Assembly (NCBI RefSeq): GCF_028368995.1
Contig: NZ_JAQNDL010000001.1
Coordinates: 1,408,001 to 1,472,000, forward strand
Source of the DNA: Nannocystis bainbridge
Lineage (GTDB): Bacteria > Myxococcota_A > Polyangia > Nannocystales > Nannocystaceae
Reading direction: 5' to 3'
DNA: 64,000 nt
The translations under genes and the position numbers were made by a program. The stretch's first letter is position 1. Every line of letters starts with the position of its first letter. The notes below the pieces were generated by a model. The model was not told the origin of the DNA and did no database searches. It saw only the letters and a program-made list of their open reading frames with translations. Positions 9,247-22,261 of this stretch are shown in pieces.

Positions 9247-11178
9247 CTACCCCGCCCCGAGCTCGTGCAGCGCCTGGGCGACGCGGCGCTCGTGCTCGGC
9301 CGCATCGTCGCGGACTTCGAGGCCCAGCTCGACCGCCCGGCGCAGCAGGTGCTCCGCCTCGAGCAGGCGGTGGAACGTCTGCGCTCGCTCGTCCTCGAGC
9401 GCGCGCAGGCGGTCGAGCCCGACCAGCAATTCCTCGCGGCGCTCGGGCGGCTCGCGGCGGGCCTCGCTGCCGGCCAGGGCGCGGACCAGCGCCCCCTCGT
9501 CGAGCCCCGCCAGGTCGGCGTCGACGCGGCGCAGGCGCTCGACTTGCCGCGCGATCAGCTCGACCAGCGGCGTCAGCGAGCCCGCGATCATGTCGAGCTC
9601 GGCGCGCGCTCCCGGGGCGACCGCGCGATGGTCGACCAGGCGCTGGACCGCCAGCGCCAGCTCGCCGACGCTCTCGCGCACCTCGGCGGCCGTGTCCGGC
9701 GTCAGCAGCCCGGCCAGCCGCGCCACCAGCGGATCGGAGGCCGGCAGGGCGGCCGGTGCGGCGCGCAGCCGCAGCAGCGTCGGCCGCTCCTTCTTTTGCG
9801 TCGCCACCGCGGCGAACAGCGCGATCATGGCGATCACGACCCCGAGCCCGGCGAAGATCAGCGGCACGAACAGCGGCGCCCCGAAGGCCGCCGTCAACGC
9901 CACCACCGCCGCCGTGATCCCGCCGGTCCAGCCGACCGCCTGCCAGCCGGTGCGCCGGATCGCCCGCGGCGAGCGATCGACCACCGCCACCTTCAGCTTG
10001 GCCGCGGCCAGGCGCGCGTGCAGGCGCTTGGCTGTCTCCGGGGACAGGTCCGAGAACAGCCGCAGCGGCAGCGCGTGGCGCCGCTCGAGCTCGGCCTTCG
10101 AATACATGCGAGCGTCGCCGATCACCAGGTTGAGCGCCGGCAGCTCGCCCTCGGCCAGCGTGCGCAACTCACCGGCCAGGAGGTCGAAGAACGCCGCGTC
10201 CTCCTTGGCCGCGCGCAGGTCGACCGCGCAGGAGCCGGCGGGCGTGTGCTCGAACTGCACGCCGACCCGGCCGCAGGCGAGGCACAGCCGCTGGCCGAGG
10301 CGCAGGCGGGCGCCGCAGTGCTGGCAGATCGTGCGGGCCGCGCTGGCGCCGGCCGGGCCCTCGCCGGCCAGCGCGGCGGCCAGCTCGCGGGCCGAGGCCG
10401 GGCGGGCACCTGGCTCGAGGGACAGGCAGCGCATCACCAGCGCGTCGAGCTCGACGGGCACCTCGGCCCGCAGCGTGCGCGGCGGCGCCGGCGAGGCCTC
10501 GCCGAGGAACGCCGGGCCCTCGCCGCGCGGCAGCAGCCCCGTGAGCCCGCGGTAGAGGATCACGCCGACGGCGTAGAGATCGGCGCGCGGGTCGAGGGCC
10601 GTGCGCGCCAGCTGCTCCGGCGCCGCGTACGGCGAGCCCTCGAGCAGCAGGCTCGAGGCGGTCCGCGTCGAGAGGATGTCGACCCGCGCCAGGCCGACGT
10701 CGGTCAGCCATAGCCCGTCGTCGCCGCGCACCACCAGGCGCGGGTGCAGGTCGCGGATCACCACCCCACGCGCGTGCAGCCCCGCGAGCAGCTCACACAG
10801 CGCGATCGCCAGCGCGACGACCTCGTCGATCGGCGCCGCCGCCCGCCGCCGCAGCCACTGCTCGAGCGTCTCGCCGCGTGGGTCGAGCCGCAGCCGCCAC
10901 GGCGGCGGCGCGCCCGGGGCCCGCGCATCGGCCGGGCCGGCCGCGAGCACCGGCGCCACCCCGGGCGCGTCGAGCTCGCGCAAGCGGGCCACGTCGCGCA
11001 CATAACGGCGCCGCATCGCCGGCTCGCGCGCCAGCTCGGGCGCCAGCCAGGCCAGCACCGCGCCGCGCCCGTCGCCGAGCCGGACCGGGCAGCGCAGCTC
11101 CGAGCCGACGCGCTCGGCCGCACCGACGACCTCGGCCCCCAGCTCCGCCGGCAACGTCGGGATCGCCGGCCCCTTCAT
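9247..11178 (-). CDS. Ser/Thr kinase-like protein, probable pseudokinase, with Zn ribbon, two TM helices and coiled coil
   Basis: Kinase subdomains recognisable (GSPYAAPEQ, DLYAVG), but catalytic loop is IRDLHPRL and DFG is DVG. CQHC...CLAC ribbon. Start uncertain (11178 or 11196). Confidence 0.8.
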   Translation of the reverse strand: MKGPAIPTLPAELGAEVVGAAERVGSELRCPVRLGDGRGAVLAWLAPELAREPAMRRRYVRDVARLRELDAPGVAPVLAAGPADARAPGAPPPWRLRLDPRGETLEQWLRRRAAAPIDEVVALAIALCELLAGLHARGVVIRDLHPRLVVRGDDGLWLTDVGLARVDILSTRTASSLLLEGSPYAAPEQLARTALDPRADLYAVGVILYRGLTGLLPRGEGPAFLGEASPAPPRTLRAEVPVELDALVMRCLSLEPGARPASARELAAALAGEGPAGASAARTICQHCGARLRLGQRLCLACGRVGVQFEHTPAGSCAVDLRAAKEDAAFFDLLAGELRTLAEGELPALNLVIGDARMYSKAELERRHALPLRLFSDLSPETAKRLHARLAAAKLKVAVVDRSPRAIRRTGWQAVGWTGGITAAVVALTAAFGAPLFVPLIFAGLGVVIAMIALFAAVATQKKERPTLLRLRAAPAALPASDPLVARLAGLLTPDTAAEVRESVGELALAVQRLVDHRAVAPGARAELDMIAGSLTPLVELIARQVERLRRVDADLAGLDEGALVRALAGSEARREPPERREELLVGLDRLRALEDERAQTFHRLLEAEHLLRRAVELGLEVRDDAAEHERRVAQALHELGAG

Positions 11179-11181
11179 ACT

Positions 11182-11335
11182 TGCCCCTTCCGCCATGTCT
11201 TCAAGGACATGCTCCCATCACCATGACCTATCCGACATGCTCTGAAAGACATGCTCGAACGAACAGGCACGGACAACCGCGTCCAGCCGGTGCGCGCCCC
11301 TGAAAGCTGTCCCCGAAGACATGCCCACGAGGACA
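11182..11335. repeat. 14-bp palindrome arrays (6 units at 11182-11265, 2 units at 11308-11335)
   Basis: TGTCTTCAAGGACA, TGCTCTGAAAGACA, TGTCCCCGAAGACA and others in exact 14-bp phase. Confidence 0.85.
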
Positions 11336-11371
11336 TGTCGTTTCGCGCCTGCCCCCGGCACCCCATCGCCC

Positions 11372-13222
<1,851 letters not shown>

Positions 13223-13594
13223 GCGATCGCAAGCGACTCTAGCACGACCGGCCGCCCGCCTGCCACGCCCGCAGCCGCGCGCGTGCACCGGCCACAGCGG
13301 CCGCGAGCGCTGCGAATCCGCCGCCGCGTGCCGCCGCACCTGCCCCTCCGGCCCTCTGCCTCGACGGGCTCGCTCACCACCCCACGACCTGTCTCTCCGG
13401 ACATCTAATCCACGCCTCCACTCGACGACCTCGTCACACAACCTGTCCCTTCGGCCATCTCATTCTCCCACCTCGGCATCACCGCCGATACATACCTGTC
13501 CCTTCGGACATCTTCACCCCGTGGCCGCCTTCGCGCCTCGCATCTTTGTTCGCCCTCTGGAACACCGACCCCGAGCTCGCGCGTAGCACCCGGC

Positions 13595-14572
13595 ATGCCT
13601 GTCCCGCGTCGCTCGCTCCTGCGGGCCCTGCTCGCCGCGCCCGTCGTCCTCGCGCCTGCGCCCGCCTGGGCCCGCAAGTTCAGCCCGCCCGAGCTGAAGG
13701 CCCGGCTCGCGGCGCTCGGCGACCTGAGCAACCTCCCGCCCGACCTGCAGGCCGCCTTCAAGCCCGGCGACGACGATCGGCCGATCCCCAGGCCCGGCCG
13801 CCAGGATTGGCTGACCGAGCACCACGAGCCAGGCCAGACCTTCGCGCAATTCGTCGGCCAGCGTCACCATCGACCGAGCGAGGCGCGGCGCAAGCTGAGC
13901 GTGCTGCCCGTCGGCGCCATCGAGGGCGGCGATTGGCCGGCCCTCGCCGTCGTCGCCGACTTCGCCGCCCGCTTCTTTCAATTGCCGGTCGAGCGCCTCG
14001 ATCCCACCACGATGGCCGCGCTCAAGGCCCGCGGCCGCGACCGCGGCAGCTTCTATCAGTGGCACACCCGCACGATCCTCGCCGGCATGAAGCGGCGCGT
14101 CCCGAGCGACGCCTACGCCCTCATCGCCGTCACCACCGCCGACCTCTACCCCGACTCCGCCTGGAACTTCGTGTTCGGCTACGCCAGCTTCGACGAGCGC
14201 GTCGGCGTCTACAGCTTCGCCCGCTTCGACCCCGCCTTTTACGGCGAGCCGCGCGGCGCCGGCGTCAAGGCGACGATCCTGCGCCGCTCGCTCGGCCTGC
14301 TCGTCCACGAGGTCGGCCACATGTTCGGGCTCCACCACTGCATACATTTCCACTGCATCATGAACGGCTGCAACCACCTCGAAGAGAGCGACGCCGCCCC
14401 GCTCCACCTCTGTCCGCTGTGCCGGCGCAAGCTGCAGTATTCGGTCGCCTTCGACCCGGCCATCCGCGAACGCCAGCTCGGCGAGTTCTTCCGCGCCCAC
14501 GGCATGCCCGACGACGCCGCCCGCAGCGAGCGCCTGCTGGCCGCGATCGTCGCCGCCACGCCCGCGCCGTGA
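13595..14572 (+). CDS. Archaemetzincin-family (M54) Zn metallopeptidase with Tat-like signal
   Basis: DLYP..WNFVFG, HEVGHMFGLHHC, CIMNG, LCPLC. N-terminal RRSLL..AWA. Confidence 0.9.
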   Translation: MPVPRRSLLRALLAAPVVLAPAPAWARKFSPPELKARLAALGDLSNLPPDLQAAFKPGDDDRPIPRPGRQDWLTEHHEPGQTFAQFVGQRHHRPSEARRKLSVLPVGAIEGGDWPALAVVADFAARFFQLPVERLDPTTMAALKARGRDRGSFYQWHTRTILAGMKRRVPSDAYALIAVTTADLYPDSAWNFVFGYASFDERVGVYSFARFDPAFYGEPRGAGVKATILRRSLGLLVHEVGHMFGLHHCIHFHCIMNGCNHLEESDAAPLHLCPLCRRKLQYSVAFDPAIRERQLGEFFRAHGMPDDAARSERLLAAIVAATPAP

Positions 14573-14765
14573 TCCTGCCCCCTCGGACATGCCTGTAAAG
14601 GCATGTCCTTTGGCGCATGTCCGCACAGTGTCTCCCTTCACGACCGAGTTTGACACGCCGGTCCGGCGCATCTGACGATGAAGCTTCGCTCATGCGCGTC
14701 GGACGTCGGCGAAGTCACGCCCGGGCCCACGTCGGCGGCGAGGCTGCTATCCTCCGCGCGTCCGC

Positions 14766-15497
14766 TTGCACGACCGCATCCACATCTTCGGCGTGTTCCA
14801 GATCCCCTGGCTCAAGGGGGCCCGGCCCGTGCGCGTGTACGTACCGCCGGACACCGGCCGGCCGCCGCCGGTGCTCTTCATGTTCGACGGCCAGAACATC
14901 TTCGACGACGAGACCTCGCACAGCGGCGGCTGGTACCTGCACCACGCCGCGCGCGACCTGTGCGCTCGCGGCGGGACGGCGCCGCTGATCGTCGGCATCG
15001 ACCACGGCGGGATCTACCGCATGCGCGAGCTCTCACCGTTCCGCATGCGCCAGCGCGGCCAGGCGCCGCACCTGGTGCGCTGGATGATCGACGAGCTGCA
15101 GCCGCAAATCCGCAGCAGCTTCCACGTGCGCCACGACCTCGCCGGCACGGCCGTGGGCGGCTCGTCGCTCGGCGGCCTGGCGGCCCTCTACGCCCACTGG
15201 CACCGCCCCGATGTGTTCGGCGCGGCGCTGTGCATGTCGCCCTCGCTGTGGGTCGCGCGCGAGAAGATGCTGAAGTTCGTGGCCGACCGCCCGCGCCCGC
15301 TCACGTCGCGCCTCTACCTCGACGCCGGCGGCAACGAGCCGCGCGTGCGCCCTGCGACCGAGCGCATGGTCAAGCACCTGCGCGCCCGCGGCTACGGCCC
15401 CGAGGCGATGCGCTGGGTGTTCGACCCCGGCGCCGTGCATCACGAGAGCGCCTGGCGCCGCCGCGCCCCCGCGGCCCTCGAGTTCCTGTTCGGTTGA
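14766..15497 (+). CDS. Alpha/beta hydrolase (putative esterase, Fes/IroE-like)
   Basis: PVLFMFDGQNIFD, GGSSLGG nucleophile elbow, SPSLW, HHESAW. Start codon uncertain. Confidence 0.85.
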   Translation: MHDRIHIFGVFQIPWLKGARPVRVYVPPDTGRPPPVLFMFDGQNIFDDETSHSGGWYLHHAARDLCARGGTAPLIVGIDHGGIYRMRELSPFRMRQRGQAPHLVRWMIDELQPQIRSSFHVRHDLAGTAVGGSSLGGLAALYAHWHRPDVFGAALCMSPSLWVAREKMLKFVADRPRPLTSRLYLDAGGNEPRVRPATERMVKHLRARGYGPEAMRWVFDPGAVHHESAWRRRAPAALEFLFG

Positions 15498-15556
15498 GCA
15501 TGTCCGATCGGACATGCTCAATCGGACATGCTCAATCGGACATGCTCGATCGCCCA
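15487..15556. repeat. Five-unit 14-bp palindrome array
   Basis: TGTCCGATCGGACA followed by two identical TGCTCAATCGGACA units, between convergent genes. Confidence 0.85.
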
Positions 15557-15569
15557 GCGATCCCTCAGC

Positions 15570-16361
15570 TCAGCGGATCACCGCGAACGTCTGCTGATTG
15601 AGCGCCAGCAGCTCGCCCGCCGGCGACCAGATCTCGCGGAACTCCACCGAGTACCCGGCGTGCATCGCCACCGCGCGGGCGCGGTGGTACACCGGCTGGT
15701 CCGGGTCGAGCTGCGTGATGTCGGCCAGCGGCTGGAACGTGAAAGCCAGCGTCGCCGTCGGCCGCGGCGTCGTCAGGCGCGAGAACAGGGCCGGCCACCA
15801 GCCGTCGCACAGCATCGCCAGGTAGGCCGCGTCGCGCTGCTGCGGCGGCTGCTTGAAGCGGAACCAGCCCTCCGCGCGCGCCTCGTCGCCGCCGGTGAAC
15901 AGCGGCGCGTGGACCGGGCGGAACTCGCAGTGGCGGGCGAACACCGGCGCCTCGTCGGGCGTGCCCAGCGGCTGCTCGCGCGCCGGCGTGAACTCCGGCG
16001 GCCGCAGCTCGTTCCACTGCAGGCTGGCGTCGCGGGTGCGCGCGTGCACGGCCACCGCGTGGGCCTGGACCTCGCCGGCCTGGACCAGCCGGACCGCCAG
16101 CGTCGTCACCCCGGTGCCGGTGCGCAGGGTCTCGACAAGGAGGTCCGCCGGGCCAGCCTGGGTCGGCCCGCACAGCTCCGCGCTCAGCGACCGCAGCGGC
16201 CGCGTCGGGTCGTCCGCCACCGCCGCCGCCGCCCGCACCAGCAGGCCCAGCACCAGCCCGCCGAAGGCCCCGCGACCCTGCTGCCAGCCGTCCGGCACCT
16301 CGGCCTGGAAGCGACCGGGACCCGTGGAGGTGAGCGCGAGGAGAGCGTCGATCTCGGACAT
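15570..16361 (-). CDS. Acyl-CoA thioesterase (double hotdog, TesB-like family)
   Basis: WQQGRGAFGG, LRTGTG, D..WP, GYSVE..EIWSP.G.LLA. Confidence 0.85.
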   Translation of the reverse strand: MSEIDALLALTSTGPGRFQAEVPDGWQQGRGAFGGLVLGLLVRAAAAVADDPTRPLRSLSAELCGPTQAGPADLLVETLRTGTGVTTLAVRLVQAGEVQAHAVAVHARTRDASLQWNELRPPEFTPAREQPLGTPDEAPVFARHCEFRPVHAPLFTGGDEARAEGWFRFKQPPQQRDAAYLAMLCDGWWPALFSRLTTPRPTATLAFTFQPLADITQLDPDQPVYHRARAVAMHAGYSVEFREIWSPAGELLALNQQTFAVIR

Positions 16362-16524
16362 CGCCGCGACCTTAGCAAACACCGGCCCGGTCGCCCGCCG
16401 CTCGCGCGTGAGTCGCCTCGTTCATGAGTCACCGACGCGCGCGAAAATCACATGGCGCGAAGGGCAGGTCCCTTCGGACCTGTCCCGCGCGCCATGTCTT
16501 ATCGAACCTGCCCTGACGGCCAGC

Positions 16525-17706
16525 TCAGTCGCGGCGGTACATCGTCACCACGCAGGCGCCGCCGAGCCCGAGGTTGTGCTGCAGCGCCACCTTCGCGCCC
16601 TCGACCTGGCGCTTGTCGGCCTGCCCGCGCAGCTGCCACACCAGCTCGGTGCACTGCGCCAGGCCGGTCGCGCCGAGCGGGTGGCCCTTCGACAGCAGCC
16701 CGCCGGACGGGTTGGTGACGAACTTGCCGCCGTAGGTGTTGTCGCCGTCCCACACGAACTTCTCGGCGCCGCCCTCGGGGCACAGGCCGAGCGCCTCGTA
16801 GGTCAGGATCTCGTTGGCGGTGAAGCAGTCGTGCAGCTCGACCACCTGGACGTCCTGCGGGCCCAGGCCGGCCTTCTCGTAGACCGCCTCGGCGGTCTTC
16901 TTGGCCATGTCGTAGCCGACCATCTTGATCATGCTGTTGTCTTCGAACGTGCTGGGGTAGTCGGTGCGCATCGCCTGCGACGCGATGTAGACCGGGTTGG
17001 CGATCCCCTTCTTCTTGGCGAACGCCTCCGAGCACAGCACCGCCGCCGCCGCGCCGCAGGTCGGCGGGCAGCACTGATAGCGGGTCAGCGGGTCGAACAC
17101 CTCGGGCGAGGCCAGGATCTCCTCGACGCTGAGGAGGTCGCCGAACAGCGCGTACGGATTGCGATTGGCGTGCTTGCGCGCCTTCTCCGACACCTTGGCG
17201 AACGTCTCGCGGCGGGTGCCGTACTTCCAGCGGTACTCACGACCGGCGCCGCCGAACATCTGCGCCGCCGGCGGGGCCTGGTTGAAGCCCTGCACGCGGT
17301 CCATCGTCCCGGCGAAGTTGTCGAGCGGCCCCGGCCGGTCGTTGAACTTGCTGCCGAGCGCGCCCTTCTCCATCTGCTCGAAGCCGACGACCAGCACGCA
17401 CTCGGCCTCGCCGGCGAGGATCGCCTGGCGGCCGAGCCACAGCGCCGTCGACCCGGTCGAGCAGTTGTTGTTGACGTTGACGACCGGGATGCCGGTGAGG
17501 CCGAGCTCGTAGACCGCTCGCTGGCCGCAGGTGCTGTCGCCGTAGACGTAGCCGGCGAACGCCTGCTCGACGTCCTTGTAATCGACGCCCGCGTCTTGCA
17601 GCGCCGTGCGGGCCGCGTTGGCCGCCATCACGTGGTAATCGTCGCTCGCGCCGGGCTTGGCGAACTTCACCATGCCGACGCCGATCACGTTGACTTTGTT
17701 GCTCAT
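16525..17706 (-). CDS. SCP-x-type thiolase (lipid-transfer protein family)
   Basis: [57 protein letters not shown]. Confidence 0.93.
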   Translation of the reverse strand: MSNKVNVIGVGMVKFAKPGASDDYHVMAANAARTALQDAGVDYKDVEQAFAGYVYGDSTCGQRAVYELGLTGIPVVNVNNNCSTGSTALWLGRQAILAGEAECVLVVGFEQMEKGALGSKFNDRPGPLDNFAGTMDRVQGFNQAPPAAQMFGGAGREYRWKYGTRRETFAKVSEKARKHANRNPYALFGDLLSVEEILASPEVFDPLTRYQCCPPTCGAAAAVLCSEAFAKKKGIANPVYIASQAMRTDYPSTFEDNSMIKMVGYDMAKKTAEAVYEKAGLGPQDVQVVELHDCFTANEILTYEALGLCPEGGAEKFVWDGDNTYGGKFVTNPSGGLLSKGHPLGATGLAQCTELVWQLRGQADKRQVEGAKVALQHNLGLGGACVVTMYRRD

Positions 17707-17741
17707 GGCTGTGATTCCTCTGCTTGGCTTTCGTTCGTCCG

Positions 17742-20726
17742 TTAGTTGCTCTGCTCGAGCGCCGCGAGCAGGTGGGCCGCCGCGACGTCGCCGTCGACGC
17801 GCAGCTTGCCGCGCTGGTAGAGCGTGACGAGCTTGGCCTTGCCCTGCGCGAGCGCGGCCAGGTCCTCGTCGGCCACGGTGATCGTGGCGGTCGCCGGGCC
17901 GGCGGCCTTGTCGACCAGCTTGCCGCCCTGCGGCCCGACTTGCAGGAAGAACGCCGCGTCGGGGTTCTTCACGCGCAGCGCGATCGTGACCTCGGGGTCC
18001 GACCTGAGCGCCGCCAGCCTGGCCGCGGCCTGGTCGAGCACCGCCGGCGCCTGCGCGGCCTTCGGAGCCGCCGCTGCCGCTGCGGGAGCGGCCGCCTTCG
18101 GCGCGCTGCCGGGCTTCACCTTGCTCATGTCGATCTTCTTGAGGAAGCCGAGCTTCATCGACGCCATCAAGTCGCCGCCGATCTTCAGCTTGCCCTCGCC
18201 GAACAGCTTCTGCGGGTCGGCCTTGCCGGTCGTCATCAGGATGAAGTCGCTGTCGCTGAGCTCGAGCGTGCAGTTCGCCCCCTCGACCTCGCCGGCGTGG
18301 ACCTTGCCCGGGTTCGACTTGAGGTCGAACACGTAGCTCGAGTCGGGGTTCTTGAGCCGGAACTGGAACACCGTGGCGACCTTGGCCGGCAGCTCGGCGT
18401 TGCCCTTCACGAACTCGCCGATCGCCGCCATGTAGTCGGCGCTGGTCGGCGTCGAAGGGGCCGCTGCGGCCGCGCCGTTGCCGACGACATCGCCGCCGCC
18501 CGCGCCCACGCGGGCCCGCGCGGCCGCCATCACCGTCGCCGGATCGAGCTTGGTCAGGAAGTTGAGCTTCGTCGACGCCATCAGGTTGCCGGCGATCTTC
18601 ATCTTCCCGCTCATGTAAAGCTTCTGCGCGTCGGCCTTGCCCGAGCACATGTCCATGAAGTCGGCGTCGTTCAGCTCGAGGGTGCACTCGGGCGGCGCCG
18701 CCTCGCCGGCCGCGACCTTGCCGTCCTTGAGGTCGAGCGTCCACGTGCTCTCGGGGTTCTTCAGCTTGAACTGGAACACCAGCCCGGCCTTCTTGGCCTG
18801 GTCCGGGTTCTTCGTCAGGAACTGATCGATCGCCGCGAAGATATCGGCGCTGATCGGCGTCGCCTCGGCGCTCGCGCTCGCCGTCGCGGCGACCGGCTTG
18901 GCCTTCGGCTTCGGCTGCGGGATCTCCGAATAGAACTCGATCGCCGCCTGCGACAGCACCACCTTGTCGCGCTCCTTCAGCTTGCAGCGGAGGATCACGC
19001 GGTTGTCCGACTCCTTCCACATCTCGGTCACCAGCGTCTCGCCGGGGAACACGCTCTCGCTGAAGCGGACCTTGATGCTCTTGAACTTGCGCGGGTCACC
19101 GGCGGCGAAGTGCTTGATCACGTGGCGGGCGGCCACGCCGAGAGTGCACAGGCCGTGGAGGATCGGCTTGGGGAACCCGAACGCGCCGGCGAACGCCGGG
19201 TCGACGTGCAGCGGGTTCCAGTCGCCCGACAGGCGGTAGAGCAGCGCCTGGTTGGGCCGGATCTGCTCCTCGGCCACCGCGTCGGGCTTGCGGTCGGGCG
19301 GGGTGTTGCTGTCGCCCGACGGGCCGCGGTCGCCGCCCCAGCCGCCCGCGCCGCGGATCACCGCGCCGAGCTCGTTGTAGGCGATGATCTCGCCCGACTC
19401 GTCCGAGCTCTCGGTGGCGAACACGATGAACGCGTTCTTGCCCTTGTCGAAGATGTCCTTCACCCATGTCCGATGGGTCAGCTTGGCGTGCGGCGGCAGC
19501 GGGCGCCTCAGCTCCGTGTACTGCTCGCCGTGCAGCAGGCGGTCGAGGCCGAAGTTGAACCCGGGCGCGGTGTGGCCGTCCTTGAACGCCTGCATGATGC
19601 CGGTCTGGGCCGGGATCACGGCGAACGTCGGCAGCGGCCAGAAGCCCTTGCCGTGCATCTCGTAGACGTAGCGCAGCTCGGTGTCGTCGAGCGGATCGGA
19701 CGCCGCGCCGACGCCGAGCGCGTACATCGAGAGGTCGCGCTCGTCGTACTCGGTGGTGACCTTCGGCATCTCGTAGCCGAGCGCCTGGTCGACGTCGACG
19801 AGGTCGTTGCCGCCCTTGCTCGCGCCGGCGTTGACGTTGTCCATCACCGGGCCGAGCGCGGCGGCGACGTCGGCCGGGTGCGTGGCCTTGGCGAAGTCGA
19901 CGATCGTGCTCCACTTCGACTTGACGAGCTCGGGCGTGATGGCGCGGCCGAGGCGGACCGTGTGGCCCTGCGTGCGCTCCCACCGGAGCTTGCTGAAGAA
20001 CCCGCCGCCGACCTCGTACAGGCCCCCGGTGTCCTCGCACGACTCGTGCGACAGCCAGGCGACCAGCGGGCTGACGTACTCCGGCCGCAGCGCGTCGATG
20101 AGCTCCTTCGGCAGGATCGTCTCGGTCATGCGCGAGCCGGCGATCGGCGCGATCGTGTTGGCGCGCACGTTGTACTTGCGGCCCTCGAGCGCGAGCGTGT
20201 TGCTGAAGCCGACCAGCGCCAGCTTGGCGGCGCTGTAGTTGGCCTGGCCGAAGTTGCCGTAGATGCCGGCGGCGCTGGCGGTGAAGATGATGCGGCCGTA
20301 GCCCTGGTCGCGCATCTTCGGCCACGCGGCGTGCGACACCTTGAACGCGCCGTTGACGTGGACCCGCTGGATGATGTCCCAGTCGCCGTCCGTCATCTTG
20401 TGGAACGAAACGTCGCGGAGGATGCCGGCGTTGTTGACGACGATGTCGATGCGGCCGAACGCGTCGATCGCCGTCTGCACGATCTTGGCGCCGTCCTCGA
20501 CGCTGTCGTAGTTGGCGACCGCCTCGCCGCCCGCGGCCCGGATCTCCTCGACCACCTTGTCGGCGGCGGCCGAGCTCTGGCCGTCGCCGCGCGTGCTGCC
20601 GCCGAGGTCGTTGACGACGACCTTGGCGCCCCGCGAGGCGAACAGGAGGGCGTGGGCGCGACCGAGCCCGTTGCCGGCCCCGGTGATGATGGCGACTCTT
20701 CCGTCGTAGCGAAGCTCGTTGGACAT
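17742..20726 (-). CDS. Peroxisomal MFE-2-like multifunctional enzyme: SDR 3-hydroxyacyl-CoA dehydrogenase, hydratase-2 (MaoC) and three SCP2 domains
   Basis: [21 protein letters not shown]; [28 protein letters not shown]; three SCP2-like units ending [16 protein letters not shown] and GKLRVDGD. Confidence 0.92.
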   Translation of the reverse strand: MSNELRYDGRVAIITGAGNGLGRAHALLFASRGAKVVVNDLGGSTRGDGQSSAAADKVVEEIRAAGGEAVANYDSVEDGAKIVQTAIDAFGRIDIVVNNAGILRDVSFHKMTDGDWDIIQRVHVNGAFKVSHAAWPKMRDQGYGRIIFTASAAGIYGNFGQANYSAAKLALVGFSNTLALEGRKYNVRANTIAPIAGSRMTETILPKELIDALRPEYVSPLVAWLSHESCEDTGGLYEVGGGFFSKLRWERTQGHTVRLGRAITPELVKSKWSTIVDFAKATHPADVAAALGPVMDNVNAGASKGGNDLVDVDQALGYEMPKVTTEYDERDLSMYALGVGAASDPLDDTELRYVYEMHGKGFWPLPTFAVIPAQTGIMQAFKDGHTAPGFNFGLDRLLHGEQYTELRRPLPPHAKLTHRTWVKDIFDKGKNAFIVFATESSDESGEIIAYNELGAVIRGAGGWGGDRGPSGDSNTPPDRKPDAVAEEQIRPNQALLYRLSGDWNPLHVDPAFAGAFGFPKPILHGLCTLGVAARHVIKHFAAGDPRKFKSIKVRFSESVFPGETLVTEMWKESDNRVILRCKLKERDKVVLSQAAIEFYSEIPQPKPKAKPVAATASASAEATPISADIFAAIDQFLTKNPDQAKKAGLVFQFKLKNPESTWTLDLKDGKVAAGEAAPPECTLELNDADFMDMCSGKADAQKLYMSGKMKIAGNLMASTKLNFLTKLDPATVMAAARARVGAGGGDVVGNGAAAAAPSTPTSADYMAAIGEFVKGNAELPAKVATVFQFRLKNPDSSYVFDLKSNPGKVHAGEVEGANCTLELSDSDFILMTTGKADPQKLFGEGKLKIGGDLMASMKLGFLKKIDMSKVKPGSAPKAAAPAAAAAAPKAAQAPAVLDQAAARLAALRSDPEVTIALRVKNPDAAFFLQVGPQGGKLVDKAAGPATATITVADEDLAALAQGKAKLVTLYQRGKLRVDGDVAAAHLLAALEQSN

Positions 20727-20895
20727 GATGGCACACGCGGCATATCGAGCCGCGCGAGCGGCGTCAACCGCCGGCCCGCTGCGCCCTCCGCCCGGCCTGC
20801 CACGTGGATCCGCGCGCGCTCCGACGCGGCGACGCGGGCGCGGCTGCGGGCCCCCGCCGGCGTCGTTCGCGGCGCCCGTGATACAGTCGCCGGCG

Positions 20896-22086
20896 ATGCG
20901 GATCGACGAGCTGCGAGGCCTGCGAGACCTGCTGGCGCGCGGCGGCGGACCCGAGCTCGTGTTCATGTCGCTGCGCGACGGCTCGCTGCGAGGCCCGGCG
21001 CGCGCGCGGGCCCTCGCCGACGAGCTGCGACGCTGGTCGACGGTCGCCGCGCCCGAGCGCTACGGCGGCAACCCCGACGCGCAGGACCTGGCCAGACAGC
21101 TGCAACGCCAGCTCCACCAGCTCCACGCCGAAGCCCTGCAACGCCTGTCCTCGGGTCCGTCTGGCCCCGCTGCAACCGTGCAGTCCGGGCCTGCGACCCT
21201 GCAGCAGGATCGATCCCCCGCGGCCCTCCCGGCGCATGCTTCTGCGGACCCGGGTCCCTACCGAGCGGCGGCGCCTCCGCCTCCTGGTCTGCGGGTCGAG
21301 GTCGCCGGTGTGATTCGGGAATTCGCCGACCACCTCGGCGACGGGGACCTCGCCGCGATCTGGCGCGCGGCGGGTGACGACGGCGACCCGTGCGTCGCCA
21401 AGGTCGCGCTCGCGGCCGCCGACAACGACCTGCTGTTCAACGAGGCCGAGGTGCTGCAGCGGCTGCACGCCGGCGATCCGCGCCAGCGCGACCTGCTCCC
21501 GCGCCTGCACGATCGCTTCTTCACCGCCGATGGCCGCGCCGGCAACCTGCTCGGCCTCGTCGAGGGCCTCGACGGTGCCGCTTTGCGCGCCCGCTTGCCC
21601 GAAGGCGTACCGCCCGAGCACATCGTCTGGATCGCCCGCCGCACGCTCAGCGTGCTCGGCCACGCGCACGAGCGCGGCGTGCTGCACGGCAACATCGAGC
21701 CCGCGCACATCATCGTCCGCCCGCGCGACCACCGGGTCGTGCTGGTCGACTGGTGCTACGCGATCGTCGAGCCGGCCCGCACCGGCCAGGGCTTCCGCGC
21801 CGTGCACGACGAGTACAGCGCCCCCGAGGTGGCCCAGCGCGGCCCGCCGACGCCCGCCGCCGACCTGCTGTCGGTCGGCCGCACGCTGGCGTTCCTGCTC
21901 GGCGGTGACCCGCTGAGCCTCGACCTGCCGGCCCACGTGCCCGACCCGCTGCAGCGCTTCGTCCGCTACCTGGCCCGCCCGAGCCGGCAGCAGCGGGCCC
22001 AGGACGCCTGGGACATGTACGCCGAGCTCGAGCGGATCCGCGAGGCCGTCTACGGCCCGCACGTGTTCCGCGAGTTCTTCGTCTGA
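20896..22086 (+). CDS. Atypical protein-kinase-fold protein with J-domain-like N-terminal helix
   Basis: LGDGDLAAIW, VAK, NEAEVL, LHGNIEPAHI, LVDWCYA, YSAPEV. N-terminal PERYGGNPDA helix is reminiscent of a DnaJ HPD region. Confidence 0.8.
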   Translation: MRIDELRGLRDLLARGGGPELVFMSLRDGSLRGPARARALADELRRWSTVAAPERYGGNPDAQDLARQLQRQLHQLHAEALQRLSSGPSGPAATVQSGPATLQQDRSPAALPAHASADPGPYRAAAPPPPGLRVEVAGVIREFADHLGDGDLAAIWRAAGDDGDPCVAKVALAAADNDLLFNEAEVLQRLHAGDPRQRDLLPRLHDRFFTADGRAGNLLGLVEGLDGAALRARLPEGVPPEHIVWIARRTLSVLGHAHERGVLHGNIEPAHIIVRPRDHRVVLVDWCYAIVEPARTGQGFRAVHDEYSAPEVAQRGPPTPAADLLSVGRTLAFLLGGDPLSLDLPAHVPDPLQRFVRYLARPSRQQRAQDAWDMYAELERIREAVYGPHVFREFFV

Positions 22087-22089
22087 GCG

Positions 22090-22145
22090 TGTCCTCGAGG
22101 ACATGCTCATTCGAACATGCTCCAAAGAACATGGCGATTCGGGCA
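22090..22145. repeat. Four-unit 14-bp palindrome array
   Basis: TGTCCTCGAGGACA/TGCTCATTCGAACA/TGCTCCAAAGAACA/TGGCGATTCGGGCA immediately after the stop codon. Confidence 0.8.
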
Positions 22146-22261
22146 TTTTGCCGCCGACTCCGCCACGACTCCCCGCGTCCGGCGGCCGCCCGGCCGGAAT
22201 GTACACACCTCGCGCGGAACTGCTCTCCTACGAATTAAAGGCCATACCTCTCTGAATGGGC

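Noticed and set aside
17724-21377. 1217-aa plus-strand ORF
   Set aside because: Antisense shadow of the MFE-2-like gene, typical of high-GC DNA.
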